A stretch of DNA of 56,198 nt from Ancylonema sp. (lineage: Eukaryota): assembly GCA_050230475.1 (NCBI GenBank), contig JBFLGF010000003.1, forward strand, positions 124,001 through 180,198, written 5' to 3'. The position numbers and the translations under genes are program-made. Of the stretch, positions 11,892 through 24,163 are shown piece after piece. The stretch's first letter is position 1; each line of letters begins with the position of its first letter. Below the pieces are notes generated by a model. That model did not search any database. It saw only the letters and a program-made list of their open reading frames with translations, and was not told the origin of the DNA.

Positions 11892-13071
11892 ATGTCGTTC
11901 GCAGGCCTCGGCAAGGCTTTAAGCAAGAGCGTGAGAAGCGTGTAAGTAGGTCAACCACAGGATGGTTGGTTGAAGTCTCTTTGGAAGACATATGAGCTCC
12001 AGCTACGTATGAGCTATTATGTTCCGGTTTCCTTCTTGATTTCTAGAAACGCTGCATCATTCATACTCGAAATCTGGATGAACCTAATAGCTATCTACCT
12101 GTATTTTTTTGCAGCAAGAGGGAAGTAAACAAAAATATACTCAAGGTGCCAGAATACGAGCGGAAGGTATGGCCATTGCCCCGATCTGTTACCACAATAT
12201 CACCTTGCAAATGACTATCAATCTCCGAGCAATAGCCAGCTCAAATATTGGCATGTGCTCGTTCTGTGTACAGGCCTTAGATGCCACCAGCAACGAGGCC
12301 TGGGGTCCCCACGGTACTCTTATGGCGGATCTAGCTGCTGCGACTCGTAATCAGTGAGCATACTTTTCCCAGACGAAATCACCAAAACAAATAAATTGGC
12401 ATCTTAATGTACAAATCTTATTGCCCCAAGATTGTCGTCAGCACATCGCCCATTCAGTCGCCCATTAGCTGATAAATGTCACCTGCTCTTGCAAAAAGCC
12501 TGTGCGGTTTTGATTTTTTCAAATGAAGTACTGATAATTATCTTGCTTTTGTCCTTACTTGGAATAGAAGCAGGCCATGACCTGTTTCCCGGCAGTATGC
12601 ACAGCCGCGTGATGAACTTCGTAGGTAGCAATGATGAGTCCACTGATAAACTGTCTTTTGGCAGCATCGACTTCCAACTCATCATGGGCGTGCTCTACAA
12701 GCGCATGCAAGACAGCGGCAAGGATTGGCGCCACGTGTATAAGGTGCTCTTCCAGCCATGCCCACCGAGATGCCTGTCACTCCAACACAACGCTGAAAAG
12801 GCAAAAAAATGGATCACGTTATCGTCACATTGAAGTCAATTACTGCTTGTAAAAGGCGGTATTTCAATCTGGATGAGCAGAATGTGCCCAAGGCCAACAG
12901 GTGATGTTGTGGCAGCTGAATACGGCTCGCTATGCATGGTGGGTGAGATGAGGGAAAGGCTCACAGCATGTGTGGTTGTGGCTGCAGGCTCTGACAGTGC
13001 TGGAATATTTTGTTGCCAATGGGGCGGAACGATGCATCGATGATCTGAGGGAGCACACGTATCTAATAAGG
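11892..13071 (+). CDS. EPSIN2: ENTH-domain clathrin interactor (EPSIN2-like), copy B, exons 1-5; cut by the assembly gap
   Basis: Exons 11892-11941, 12115-12166, 12274-12353, 12665-12743, 12988-13071: [58 protein letters not shown]. Confidence 0.88.
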
Positions 13072-13350
13072 GTGACATAAACATCCCTTCCCCGATTTGA
13101 AGCCTTTATCCCAAAAACAATCCTCTCACGTCCGAATCATCCTGACATCATCGTACTAATCGTCTGTAACGTGAGCCTCATGTTGGGAGAGTTTGATTGT
13201 GGTGAGTTTTCCACGTGGTTTCCCACATTGGACGGGATCTTGCGGCAAGTGGTGGTCAAACAATACTCGAACTAGCAGCTGAAACAAATTAGGCGATGCC
13301 TCCTGGCACTTGTAATGCTCTCTCCTCCCCTGCTTCCATCCAAGTGATGG

Positions 13351-13351
13351 N
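13351..13351. other. Single-N assembly gap / contig join
   Basis: The only N seen; sequence jumps from epsin intron 5 back into NDUFS1 exon 7. Confidence 0.9.
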
Positions 13352-13696
13352 AAAAATACGGAGTGCTGCAAGACTCGCCCTTCCACAAACTGGTCAGCGC
13401 TCTCTCACTGCCACTGCCTCCGCCTCATTGCTAAATCTGTAAAACTAGTCACCGAGTGCTTGATACAGATCGTGAAGTGGACCACAGTGGGGAATAGGGT
13501 GCATATAAAGAGCAAGGCTGGGAGGGTAACACAATCCAGATGTTGAAAGCGTGAAACGGTTGGGTTCTTTTTTGAGATGCAGATCCCCAACTTCTACATG
13601 ACAGACGCCATCAGTCGTGCGTCCCAAACCATGGCGAAGTGTACGGCGGCAAAGGAGAAGCAGTCGGAGGTGAACATGATGTACCACATCCAATAA
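13352..13696 (+). other. NDUFS1: Redundant 3' fragment of NDUFS1 (end of exon 7 and exon 8)
   Basis: Matches 5279-5623; begins at the gap. Confidence 0.85.
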
Positions 13697-16148
13697 GGGA
13701 GAACGATTGCGGGGAGCGCAGGCGCTACCGCAGGCGCTACCGCAGCCAATGATCTGCACCTAAACTGAGTCAGCAAATGTAGGCTATGACATTACTGACT
13801 GACTCGATTCAATTTGGAGAAGTTGAGGAGGGTAGAAAAGATAAATGTGGTGCGATTCAATGCTTCGATTGAGAAACAGAAGCAACACAGATAGGAGATG
13901 ACACAAATCGAGATGATAGGTAACTCTACCAGCTACGAGTAATACAAGACGAGGTACACTTGTTTGCACACATGCGAAGGTCTGTAGTGTTGGATTCAGT
14001 GTTTACACTTTTTGGAGTCTTAGTAGCTGTGAGTGAGGACATTTATAGGGGCTTTGGACTTCAAGCTTTATATTAATATATTGCGCTGTAAAATTATCCC
14101 CATCATAGCTGCACGTTGCCCCTCTTCCACGTCCTGAGTGATGGTCAGTCCTAGGATCGGATCTTGGCCCGTGGTCGGCCCTTTTGGTTGCACAAAGGGT
14201 CCGTTTTCTGCAAAAAGATACTAGGAATCTTAATTTGGAAAGCAAATTGACATTGTGAGCTGAAAACGTCCAACACACACATAAAATGTGACGTGTTATA
14301 TTTATGGGGATTAAAAAAATTAGTGAGCAAATTAAACGAAGACAAAACGGTGTTGTGCCGGCAAGAACTTCCATATCACACACTAGAGGTGACAAGTTAA
14401 GATTTGAGGTGGTTTACGGTCGACATGTTGTATGTGTACCGTATCGTGCAATCATTCGCAATCGCACAATTAAATGCACGAAATCGTGCATTGCTAACGG
14501 ACAGGTAGTGGATTGGAGGAAAAAGAAAACACGATTTTCGGAAGAAAAAAAAGACTTACCAATGAAAACAACGCATGGATTCTCAATTCTTAGAATCGAA
14601 CCCAACAACCCTCCGAGATAATCTGGAAACAAAAACTACGGCAAAGATAAGAAGCAAAAGTACCTTCTATTGACTAACCAACAAGAGCAAATCAAGTAGA
14701 TGATGTGAAGCAATTGGATTGTATATTCGAAGAAGTGCAACCGCATAACATATAAGAAGGCAAATGGTTTGGTGTACGTATTATATATCTTCTCTTTCAG
14801 AAAACATGGATAATTATCCACGCAATCGCACATCACACTTACATGCGCCTTCAACCAATTGGGTGTTTTCCCGCCAGTTCGAGGCTTTATATGGTCGAAA
14901 ATGTTAGTTTTCCGACGCAAACCAAGTTCACATCCATATATTTTGTCACGGACGAGGTCTTGGGTGGATTACACGAATGATAGGTACGTTCTACCCTTAT
15001 TCTCGACCGGCATGATGATGGACTCATTTTTGGATATTCTATTGGATTTAGTTTTGTATAAATACGTTTAAAAAACCTTTCGTTTTTATATGTGCACGTT
15101 ACGGTGTGTGATAAGTGGTTTTGGCTGGACATAAGGATATTGTGCGATGACCATGGTGACCGTTAAGCTCGTCGCAATGTCGTCATAGTCAAAAATCCAT
15201 GCGACAAAGGGAGCATATTCCATAAATAATATGTAGTCCCCTTGCAATATGTATCGATGTGAATCATGTCCTACCACTGAGTGTGGGATAACTATCTACC
15301 TCAAGTAATGCTACGATATTGACAGTTTCTTGTTTCTTTGGCGATATACAATTACTTTCAGCCTTATTTAACGAGTGGAACCATGCTTCAAAAACGAAAT
15401 TTGATTACCTTCAGCCCAACCGATCAAGTGGAATCATGTTGAGTTTACGAATTTCATTGATTCGCTCTATGACATGCACTTCAAAGGTTCTGAACTCCTA
15501 AGAGGCTAAAACAATGCATCTACGTGTTGGGTCTCAGTTGGATTTGGGACCGAATCCGGGTCATGGACGGAATCTTGGCCTGACCTATGCAACTATAACC
15601 CTCGTACATATCTCAATCCAATCTCTTCGGGCTACCAATTTTTTCAATGTGCACTATCATAAGTGAGAGCGAGTCAATGCACTAGATTTCGCACTCCATA
15701 CGACACAAGTTCTAAATAAATAGAGAACTCCATAAAAACAGTTGCGAAGACAATTTGCACCACACACTACATTATGAGCTAAACATAGCAACAACCCATG
15801 ACGTCATCACGAGTGACGCTTCAACACTTACTTTTGAAAAGAAATCATTGCACAAATTGTGATACACTTCATGGTGCAGCAGTCTGGATGTAATTGGAGC
15901 GGCATGCAACGAGAAGAAGAACGCTATAGGATATCGACTCCAGCCTTGGCTTTCGGAAGTCACGTATTGTGTTTTATCATTTGATGTCGATATGTATGCG
16001 GCTGCACTCTTAAAGATTGTGGCAGCTCACCCTTAGGTGTGTTGCACTCAGTGCATCGCATAGTTAAGATGCATTCATACACTCGCAAATATTTCAGATC
16101 TGCGAACAATACGTTTCTTGAGTGGGCACTGGAGAGGATCGTGTTTGA

Positions 16149-17011
16149 TCACAAAATTGCACCCTTAGATCGTAACCACTCCTTCACTTTCTCGACGTTC
16201 TTCTCCATTTCTTCCACAGAATTGCTAGGTAGAGCAAGAACAATTTCTTCTCGGTAGCTCTCCCGAGCCTCCTCTAGTAAAACTTGCATGATTTCGCATT
16301 CCATGTTATCCCGAAGTTTCCTGCCCGAGTATCCCCTGCATCATCACCAGACAGCCCCACACATCATGCTGCTGGCAAACAGGGCCATGAAATCGATGTC
16401 TTAAGCGATGCCATATCTGCAGACGGCAACAAGCGCAAATTGAGGTAGAGGACTTGGGAGGCACAACACAAGGTCGAGAACAACCGACCAACCGACCAAC
16501 CGACCAACAGACCTGTCGGTGAGGCGGTCATAGAGGACCGAGTTGTCTGCTTGTAGAACCACCACCAAGTCAAACCAGCGTTCTGGAAAAAAGTCGCAGC
16601 TATGATGGTCTACAACAGCACCTCCCTTGCTCATCCTTTCTTCCAACTCATCAAGAAGCTGCAGAGGCAGAACGGGTAATGAGGACCTTGGTCGTTCGCA
16701 ATCAAACCCCGTGGTCTCCTCGACTCTGATGATGGATCTTCTCCACTCTTGTATGTGAACCGAAAATAAACTTATTTGAGCCTGAGTAGGTTCAGTATTA
16801 CATTTTTAAAGGGTCAGGAAAGTACCTTGTCCTCGTTCATGATATAGCTCTGGTACTCATCGTCCCATCCATCATGCAGCTCTTTCTCTTTGACTAAGTC
16901 ACCGACGTTGATATGAGTTAAGCCAGTATCAGTGCATAACAGTGCGCAAGTCGAAGATTTTCCTGTCCCCGGAGTTCCAGTGACCAGGATGTTCGGAAGT
17001 TTTGCCAGCAT
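16149..17011 (-). CDS. AK6: AK6, identical second copy (probably assembly or haplotype redundancy)
   Basis: Exons 17011-16826, 16658-16513, 16335-16149, matching copy 1 at +8073. Confidence 0.85.
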
Positions 17012-19530
17012 GGGGACGTCTGCACAGTGAGATGAATTGCTTGTATCAGAGACAGGATTTCCCATGAAACGTGGTCACTTTGTTATGGTACGGCGGGTGC
17101 TCCCCATTGCATTCAAAGTCCTGTGAGTAGTCCCAAGTGCGGATGAAGTAGACACTAGCGTTCAGCGAGCAAGGCGGTGCGCGAAGCGCCTATCGTACAG
17201 TATACCCTACAGCAAGTCCGCGATTTCCAGGCCAAAGTCACTGCGATCTATCTTCTGAGGCCCGCATCTGAAACGAAGTTTGCGAGCCAGTTGAGGGAGA
17301 TCTCCAGACGCCGTGACTCTGCTACCAGTTGCGTGAGACAGCGCCCCGAGACGCCGTCTCCGTCGGAAACTCTCCGATACGACGAGACTGCGAGACGGTC
17401 CGACACGGCTTGTTTCACGGCCGATACGACCCGTGTCCCGTATCCAGTGGCAAAAGAATTTCAATCAGCGGAAAGATATCGCGATATCAAAGAGAACACT
17501 CGAGAGACCTCGTCAAGTCCGGGGCACGGGTAGGCGTCCGCGGCCCGATCCAACTACATGTATGCCATTAATCAATGCCCGTGATGGCACTGTTCATGTT
17601 CGTCGCCACCTTCCGGTGTATCGAAATAATTTTCGAAAAACACTCCCCAAAGGAACCTGCAATACCTGGAAGCTTTATTTACGACATTCGCGATGTATTT
17701 TCAGATGTCGTACCATCTGGCGTCGTGCTCATGTCTCACGTGCGAATGATTGCATGTAACGAATATTGCCGATATATGCATTTCACACGTGCGAATTGCG
17801 ACATTTCGTTACACACGAATGTATCCTTATGAAGCATGACCAAGTCGAGGTCGGATACACATTCACATTCGATTCTCATAAGCCATTGTAATCCATCACA
17901 AGTGTCGACTTAATGGCAAAATGCCACACCGACATTACCGCTAATGCATTACTAGCCAAGTATTTCCTATGGCTACGTCATACATGTTACTAGAAGAGCT
18001 AGATGCAATGCATATCCGAAGTAGAGCATATTCTAACACATAGTAGCATTGCCGGCTTCCGCCATTGATCGCTCATGATACATCAAGGACAAGAGGTATC
18101 TATCACATATTTGTCTCTATCGGAATATATTCTCAAGACACCGCATCTTCCTACGTGTGTGTCCTTTGTTATAGTGTAGTGGGTGCAACAAGTGATGTGT
18201 TCCTTCGTCTGCTCAGTCACGTGCTGCCTGTACGCCTTGTGTTAGAGTCTAGCGAATATGGTGCCGTAAATGGCGGCGAAATCATAACGTTTAGTTAACT
18301 AAGGCCTTCGGTCGTTAATCGAAACTTAAGAACCAGAGATACGTTCTGACAAGACACATGTCAAATGGAATAACTTCGTTCACTACCCACTCATGTGCCA
18401 AACACGGCTAAACGACCGCAAATGCCGTAACGCTTTAATTCTATCGTATACGCACATTTCGATGTTATAGGCGCATTTCACCGTATAAGCACCTTTCACT
18501 ATGTAAGCATAACAAACCGAATTAAGCGCATTTTACTTAATCAGGCATATTCTCTTGTATAAGCTACGACTCTCACCATACAAGCACACGAGTGTTTATT
18601 GTTCGACACATATTATAATCTAGACATTACAGAATATAGACGATATTACTCGTTATCGTCACTCCTTATTTGAAAAACGCCGAATATGGAGTGAAAATAA
18701 GGAATGGTCATAAAATATGCTCTAAGTACAGTAATTCTCGTTATTAGCATACTCGTTGTTGGCATAGCCGCGTTAACAGGTCCCAAAATCGTGTCTGCCG
18801 ACTTCCCCCCGCCAAATCGTCTTCGTTATGGGCACATAGAAAAGGACAACTCTGCCCCTATAACGAGCTATAATGTCATAATACTAGCTGACGTCGACAT
18901 GGAACCGGGGGAAAAATCGACGCACCGCATCTTCTTAGTTTTTTTAATGAGAGTGGTCAGTCACACGCCAATCGGCCAATATGTCGAAATTGCATGACAA
19001 AAAGTACACAGACATTACAGACAACATTCCCGTGATCTGGGAGCAAAATTTTGGATCTCCCTCGTTACAGACCTATCTGACTTGAAGGCCCCTAGCAAAC
19101 ATGCCTATAACGCATATACATGTGACGAACTCAACCATGTTATAAGCACATGTTTCCCGTGTACCAAAGGTGGGCCTAAAACGATTATTGAATGTCGTGA
19201 TTGGGTTGAAGATGTAGACGTCAATCTTTATTGCGCCCGATTGGCAAGCTGTCGGCCATTTAGAGAGCGAACCGTTGCTGGTTTGCTTTGCCAGCTGTCC
19301 AGCTTTCAAACCTGTCATATAATCGCAGCTGTAGCAGCCAATATTAAGGTCGCTTCCGTCACTGACGTCAAGCTCGCACAAGTCGATAAGAAAGGGCGAT
19401 ACGATCGCTTCAGTTTACGCAGGTCTGAAAATAGTGAAGTAAGTTGGAGATTTTATGATATCTTGTCTGACGACACGAGGAGCTTGGTTTCGTATTTTTT
19501 GAACACCACCGTATCGTATAAGCAGCAGCC

Positions 19531-22500
19531 ATGTCGTTCGCGGGCCTCGGCAAGGCTCTAAGCAAGGGCGTGAGAAGCGTGTAAGTAGGTCAATCAGAGG
19601 ATGGTTGGTTGAAGTATCTTTGGAAGACATATGAGCTACAGCTACGTATGAGCTACTATGTTCCGGTTTCCTTCGTAATTTCCAGAAACGCTGCATCATT
19701 CATACTCGAAATGTGGATGATCCTGACAGCTTTCCACCTGCATATTTTTGCAGCAAGAGGGAAGTAAACAAAAATATCCTCAAGGTGCCAGAATACGAGC
19801 GGAAGGTATGGCCATTGCCCCGATCTGTTATCACCATATCACCTCGCGAATGATAAGCCAGCTCAAATATTGGCACGTGCGTGTTCTGTTCACAGGCCTT
19901 GGATGCCACCAGCAACGAGGCCTGGGGTCCCCACGGTACTCTTATGGCGGATCTAGCGGCTGCCACTCGTAACCAGTGAGCATAGTTTTCCCAGAAGAAA
20001 TCACCAAAACATACAAATTAGCATCTTAATGTACAAGTCACATTGGCCCAAGATTGTCGTCAGCACATCGCCCATTCAGTCGCCCATTAGGTGATAAATT
20101 TCACCTGCTCTCGCAAAAAGCGTGTGCGGTTTTGATTTTTTCAAATGAGGCATCGATAACGACCTTGCTTTTGTCCTGACTTTAAATAAAATCAGGCCAT
20201 GACTGTCTCCTGGCCGTATGCACCGATGTGTAGGTAGCAATCATGAGTCCACTGATGACCTGTCTTTTGGCAGCATCGACTTCCAACTCATCATGGGCGT
20301 GCTCTACAAGCGCATGCAAGACAGCGGCAAGGATTGGCGCCACGTGAACAAGGTGCTCTTCCTGCCATGACAAAAAAATGGATCACGTTATCGTCACATT
20401 GAAGCCAATTACTGGTGGCAAAAGGCGGCATTTCAATCTACCCAAGCAGAATGTGCCCAAGGTTAACAGGTGATGTCGTGGCAGCTGAACGCGCCTTGCT
20501 ATGCTTGCTATGCTTGCTATGCAGGACAGCGACACGAGGGAAAGGCTCACCGCATGTGGTTGTGGCTGCAGGCGCTGACAGTGCTGGAATATTTTGTTGC
20601 CAACGGGGCGGAGCGATGCATCGATGACCTGAGGGAGCACACGTATCTCATAAGGGTGACATAAACATCCCTCACCCGGTTTAAAGCCTTCATCCCAAAA
20701 TCAATCCTCTCAAGTCCTTATCGAGTCCTTATCATCACACCAATCGTCTGTAGCGGAAGCCGCAAGTCGAGAGATGTGGTGTCCCACATTGGATGGGATC
20801 TCGCGGCAAGTGGTGGTCAAACAATACTTGCATGAGAAGCAACTGAAACAAATTGTGGCGATGCCATCTGGTGTTCTTATCGCTCTCTCCTCCCCAAGTG
20901 CACCCGCGGACCCCATGTGACTTCCGAGCAAGGCAGCACACTTCCCAACCTCTCTCCTCACACTCCCCTGCTTCCACCTAAGTAGATGCGATCCGCGTCT
21001 CACTCCCTCTGGGCTCTGAGGTGCAGCGCCACACCACATTCCAGTACACGAAGCCTGGGGGATGCGACCAAGGGCTGAATGTGCGGAAAAAGGCAGAAGC
21101 TCTGCTGGTCCTCCTCAAGGCCACCGACAAGATCCGGGACGTACGCGCAAAGGCAGAGGCAGCCAGAGAAAAGTAAGAGAGGCTTCTCGGGGATGGCTGT
21201 ACCGGCGGGGGGGGGGGCGAGTGACACGAGGGTGGTGGTGGTGGGCTCAGGGTCAGGGAAGGTCGGGGCTCAGAGCACCGCAGTTATCGCAATGAAGGGC
21301 CGGGAGGCCACAGCAATGGGAGCTACGGGTCAGAGGCGGGAAGGCGGGGGAGGGATGGGGATGAGGATGGGGGGGGGGGGGGGGAGAAGGAGCGGTACAG
21401 GGAAGCAAAGTACGACCGCTATGGCGATGTGAGGCCGGGAGGGAGGAGGGTGGGCGACGAGTACCGCACAAAGGCAGAGGAGCGGCTGGCAGATGAGTAC
21501 GGGGGACCGTATGGGGCGGGTGGGGGGAGCAGCCTCACTGCGGTGGAGAGTGGGGCTGGGAGCACGTCCAGTGGGGTGGACTACGCGGAGGAGGGATTCT
21601 CTTCCTCGAGCAGGTAACACCTAGGGGCTGGGGGCTGGGCTTGGGCCCACTTCGTTACTCGTTAGTGTGGGAGCTGAGCGAGGGGTGGGTGGGCTGGGGG
21701 CAGAGGAGGCAGTGGGCAGGAGGGTGGGAAGAGCAGCAGTGGCAGTGCCAGCAAGCCTGTGGGGGGGGGGAGGCAGGAGCGGAGGGAGGAGGCAGAGGAG
21801 TTCGATCCCAGAGGGGCTCCCGCTGTGGCGCCAGGTGAGACAGCTGTCCTCGGATCATCCTGTGCAGCTTCAAGCATGTGCGCCCGGCTCACACACAGCT
21901 TCTGCCCCCACCTCCTCAGTTCGCCCCCCCGCTCTCCAGCCTGTGGCGCCCAGGCGAGTGGCCGCGATTACGGAAGGCCCTCCCCCCCCCCCCCATCCCG
22001 CACCTCCAGCTGTCTCCGTCTCCACACTGTCCCAGGTACACCTGCAGCCCTCCCGTGACGCGCGGGGCTGCCAGCTGTCACCCTATCTTGCCTCCCCATT
22101 CTGACGCCCATTCTCATTCCCTCCCTACTCGCTCTTCCCCGATTTCAGCCCCAGCCCAGCCGCACTGCAGCCCCAGCTTCAACCCCAGCCCCAGCTTCAA
22201 CACCAGCCCCAGCTTCAACCCCAGCCCCAGCTTCAGCCCCAGCCCCCTCTGCTTCTTACCCCCCTCCCTCTCTGTACACCCAGGCTGGTCCCACTGCCTC
22301 TCCCCCTTACGCCTATGCAGCGCCTGCAGTGACCTTCTCCTCCTCCTTCACCCCCTTCCAGCCCCTGGCAGTAGCCACCACCCCCTTCCACCCTTTCCCA
22401 TCCGCTCACCCCACTTTCACAGCCTTCCCCTCCCCCTCCCCGTTCGGAGACACGTCTGTCTTCAAATCCGCCCCCACCCCTCATTGGACCTCCTTCCAGC

Positions 22501-23244
22501 CTTCAGCTGCTGCTGCTGCTGCTGCACCATCCCCACCCCCAGCCCCTGCGCCCGTCCCTGTCCCTGCCTCTAACTCCCCAACTCCCCCCCCTCCCCCCCT
22601 TCCACCCGTTGCGCTGCACCTGCCTCCACCAGTAGAGGAGGCAAAGGAGCTGCCCCCCCTCCTCCTCAGCGAGCCTCCCAGCATCGCTCCCGCGCAACCA
22701 GCCTCCGTGGGATGGAGCAGCAAGAGTGAGAGTGCGGGATCCAAATCCGGAGTGTGGGCGGACGCCCTCAGCCTGGGGCTGGTGGACCTCAACATCGAGA
22801 CACGTGAGGAACCCCCCCCCCGTGCCTCATGCCTCATGCCTTCTGTCCTCATGGTTGTCCGTTTCTGGTGCAGCCGTGGCCAACCCCCTGATGAGGCTGG
22901 GCATTGACATGCCCACCCACCTGAAGAAGGCCCAGGGGGCGGATCTCGGGCGCAGCAAGGAGGCGAAGGAGCCAGTGGCCATGGGGAGAGCCATGGGGGC
23001 TGGGACAGGGCTGGGGAGGGTGGGAGCACAAGGCATGGCTCCTTCATCCCAGCCAGGAATGGGATATGGGATGGGGCCGCCACAAGCGTATGGGCAGCAC
23101 CCAATGGCAGGGATGGGAATGGGAATGGGAACAGGGATGGGGATGGGGATGGGTGGTGGTGCGGGTACCGGATACCCAGGTGCACCGCCCCCTCACGCAG
23201 CACCAATGGGGTACAACAATTATCAGTATGGAGAGTATAGATGA
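19531..23244 (+). CDS. EPSIN2: ENTH-domain clathrin interactor (EPSIN2-like), copy A, complete, 11 exons
   Basis: Exons 19531-19580, 19754-19805, 19896-19975, 20274-20352, 20572-20655, 21027-21172, 21284-21613, 21704-21834, 21920-22035, 22149-22803, 22874-23244 splice in frame. ENTH domain, [43 protein letters not shown] and a Met/Gly-rich tail. Confidence 0.88.
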
Positions 23245-24163
23245 TCTTCCAATCGGGTCAACGGCCTTTAGAAATTCGTCCGTTCTTATGATGAAGCAAT
23301 GGTTGTTTTATCAACAAAAACAGGTTTGAGGTTTCCTCTGTCTCTAATTTGGCACGTTTTGTGATTCTGCGTTTCCTAATTTATGATTTCGACATTTTAT
23401 GATTCCACTGTTACGACGATGTAAGTTGTGTGGTCCAGAATTTTGTTGGGATTTTTTGTATGTGAGGCGCCTATGTTTGCATGAATGCTCATGTGTGAGT
23501 GTTTTAGTGTGTTTGTATGCGTGTGTTGGATGTGTGATAATTGAGGGTGAGGAGATATTTGCGCATGCGCATGCAAATTAAATGCACGAGCACTATTCTG
23601 GCAAAGATTGTGTGGAATAGAAACACATGTTGTCATGGTCGCATTCCTTCATTCAAATCACAAGTGTTGCATCGTAGGCACAAGAGTTGGATGTCGGACT
23701 TGGGTTCGACTCTAACGTTTTGTACCAGCCTTGCATTGCGTGCTGTTGCCCAAATTACCATTTGGAGTGCATCTGCATTTGTGTCAACCGTGTAATAAGC
23801 AAAGACAACAAACAAGATGGGATGTATTTATGTTGTGCCCTCCCCAGACAATGCTGTCGTATGTTATTCCATCGTGTAATGTCCACACGTGCGATGAACG
23901 ATTTATAACGAACTTTGTCGTTCTATGCATTCACACGTGCGAATTATGCCTGTCACTCCAACACAACGCTGAAAAGGCAAAAAAATGGATCACGTTATCG
24001 TCACATTGAAGTCAATTACTGCTTGTAAAAGGCGGTATTTCAATCTGGATGAGCAGAATGTGCCCAAGGCCAACAGGTGATGTTGTGGCAGCTGAATACG
24101 GCTCGCTATGCATGTTGGGTGAGATGAGGGAAAGGCTCACAGCATGTGTGGTTGTGGCTGCAG

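Larger units (their letters stand above)
13352..18628 (+). repeat. 5277-bp segment, copy 2 (probable overlapping contig or haplotig)
   Basis: Starts immediately after the N; near-identical to 5279-10555. Confidence 0.95.

Noticed and set aside
16149..17011. AK6 as a true recent gene duplicate
   Set aside because: Identical including introns and adjacent to the N join; more likely redundant assembly.
18704..19530. ORFs 18704-18997 and 19082-19561 as genes
   Set aside because: Frames are broken in the homologous epsin-B flank; treated as upstream or UTR sequence.
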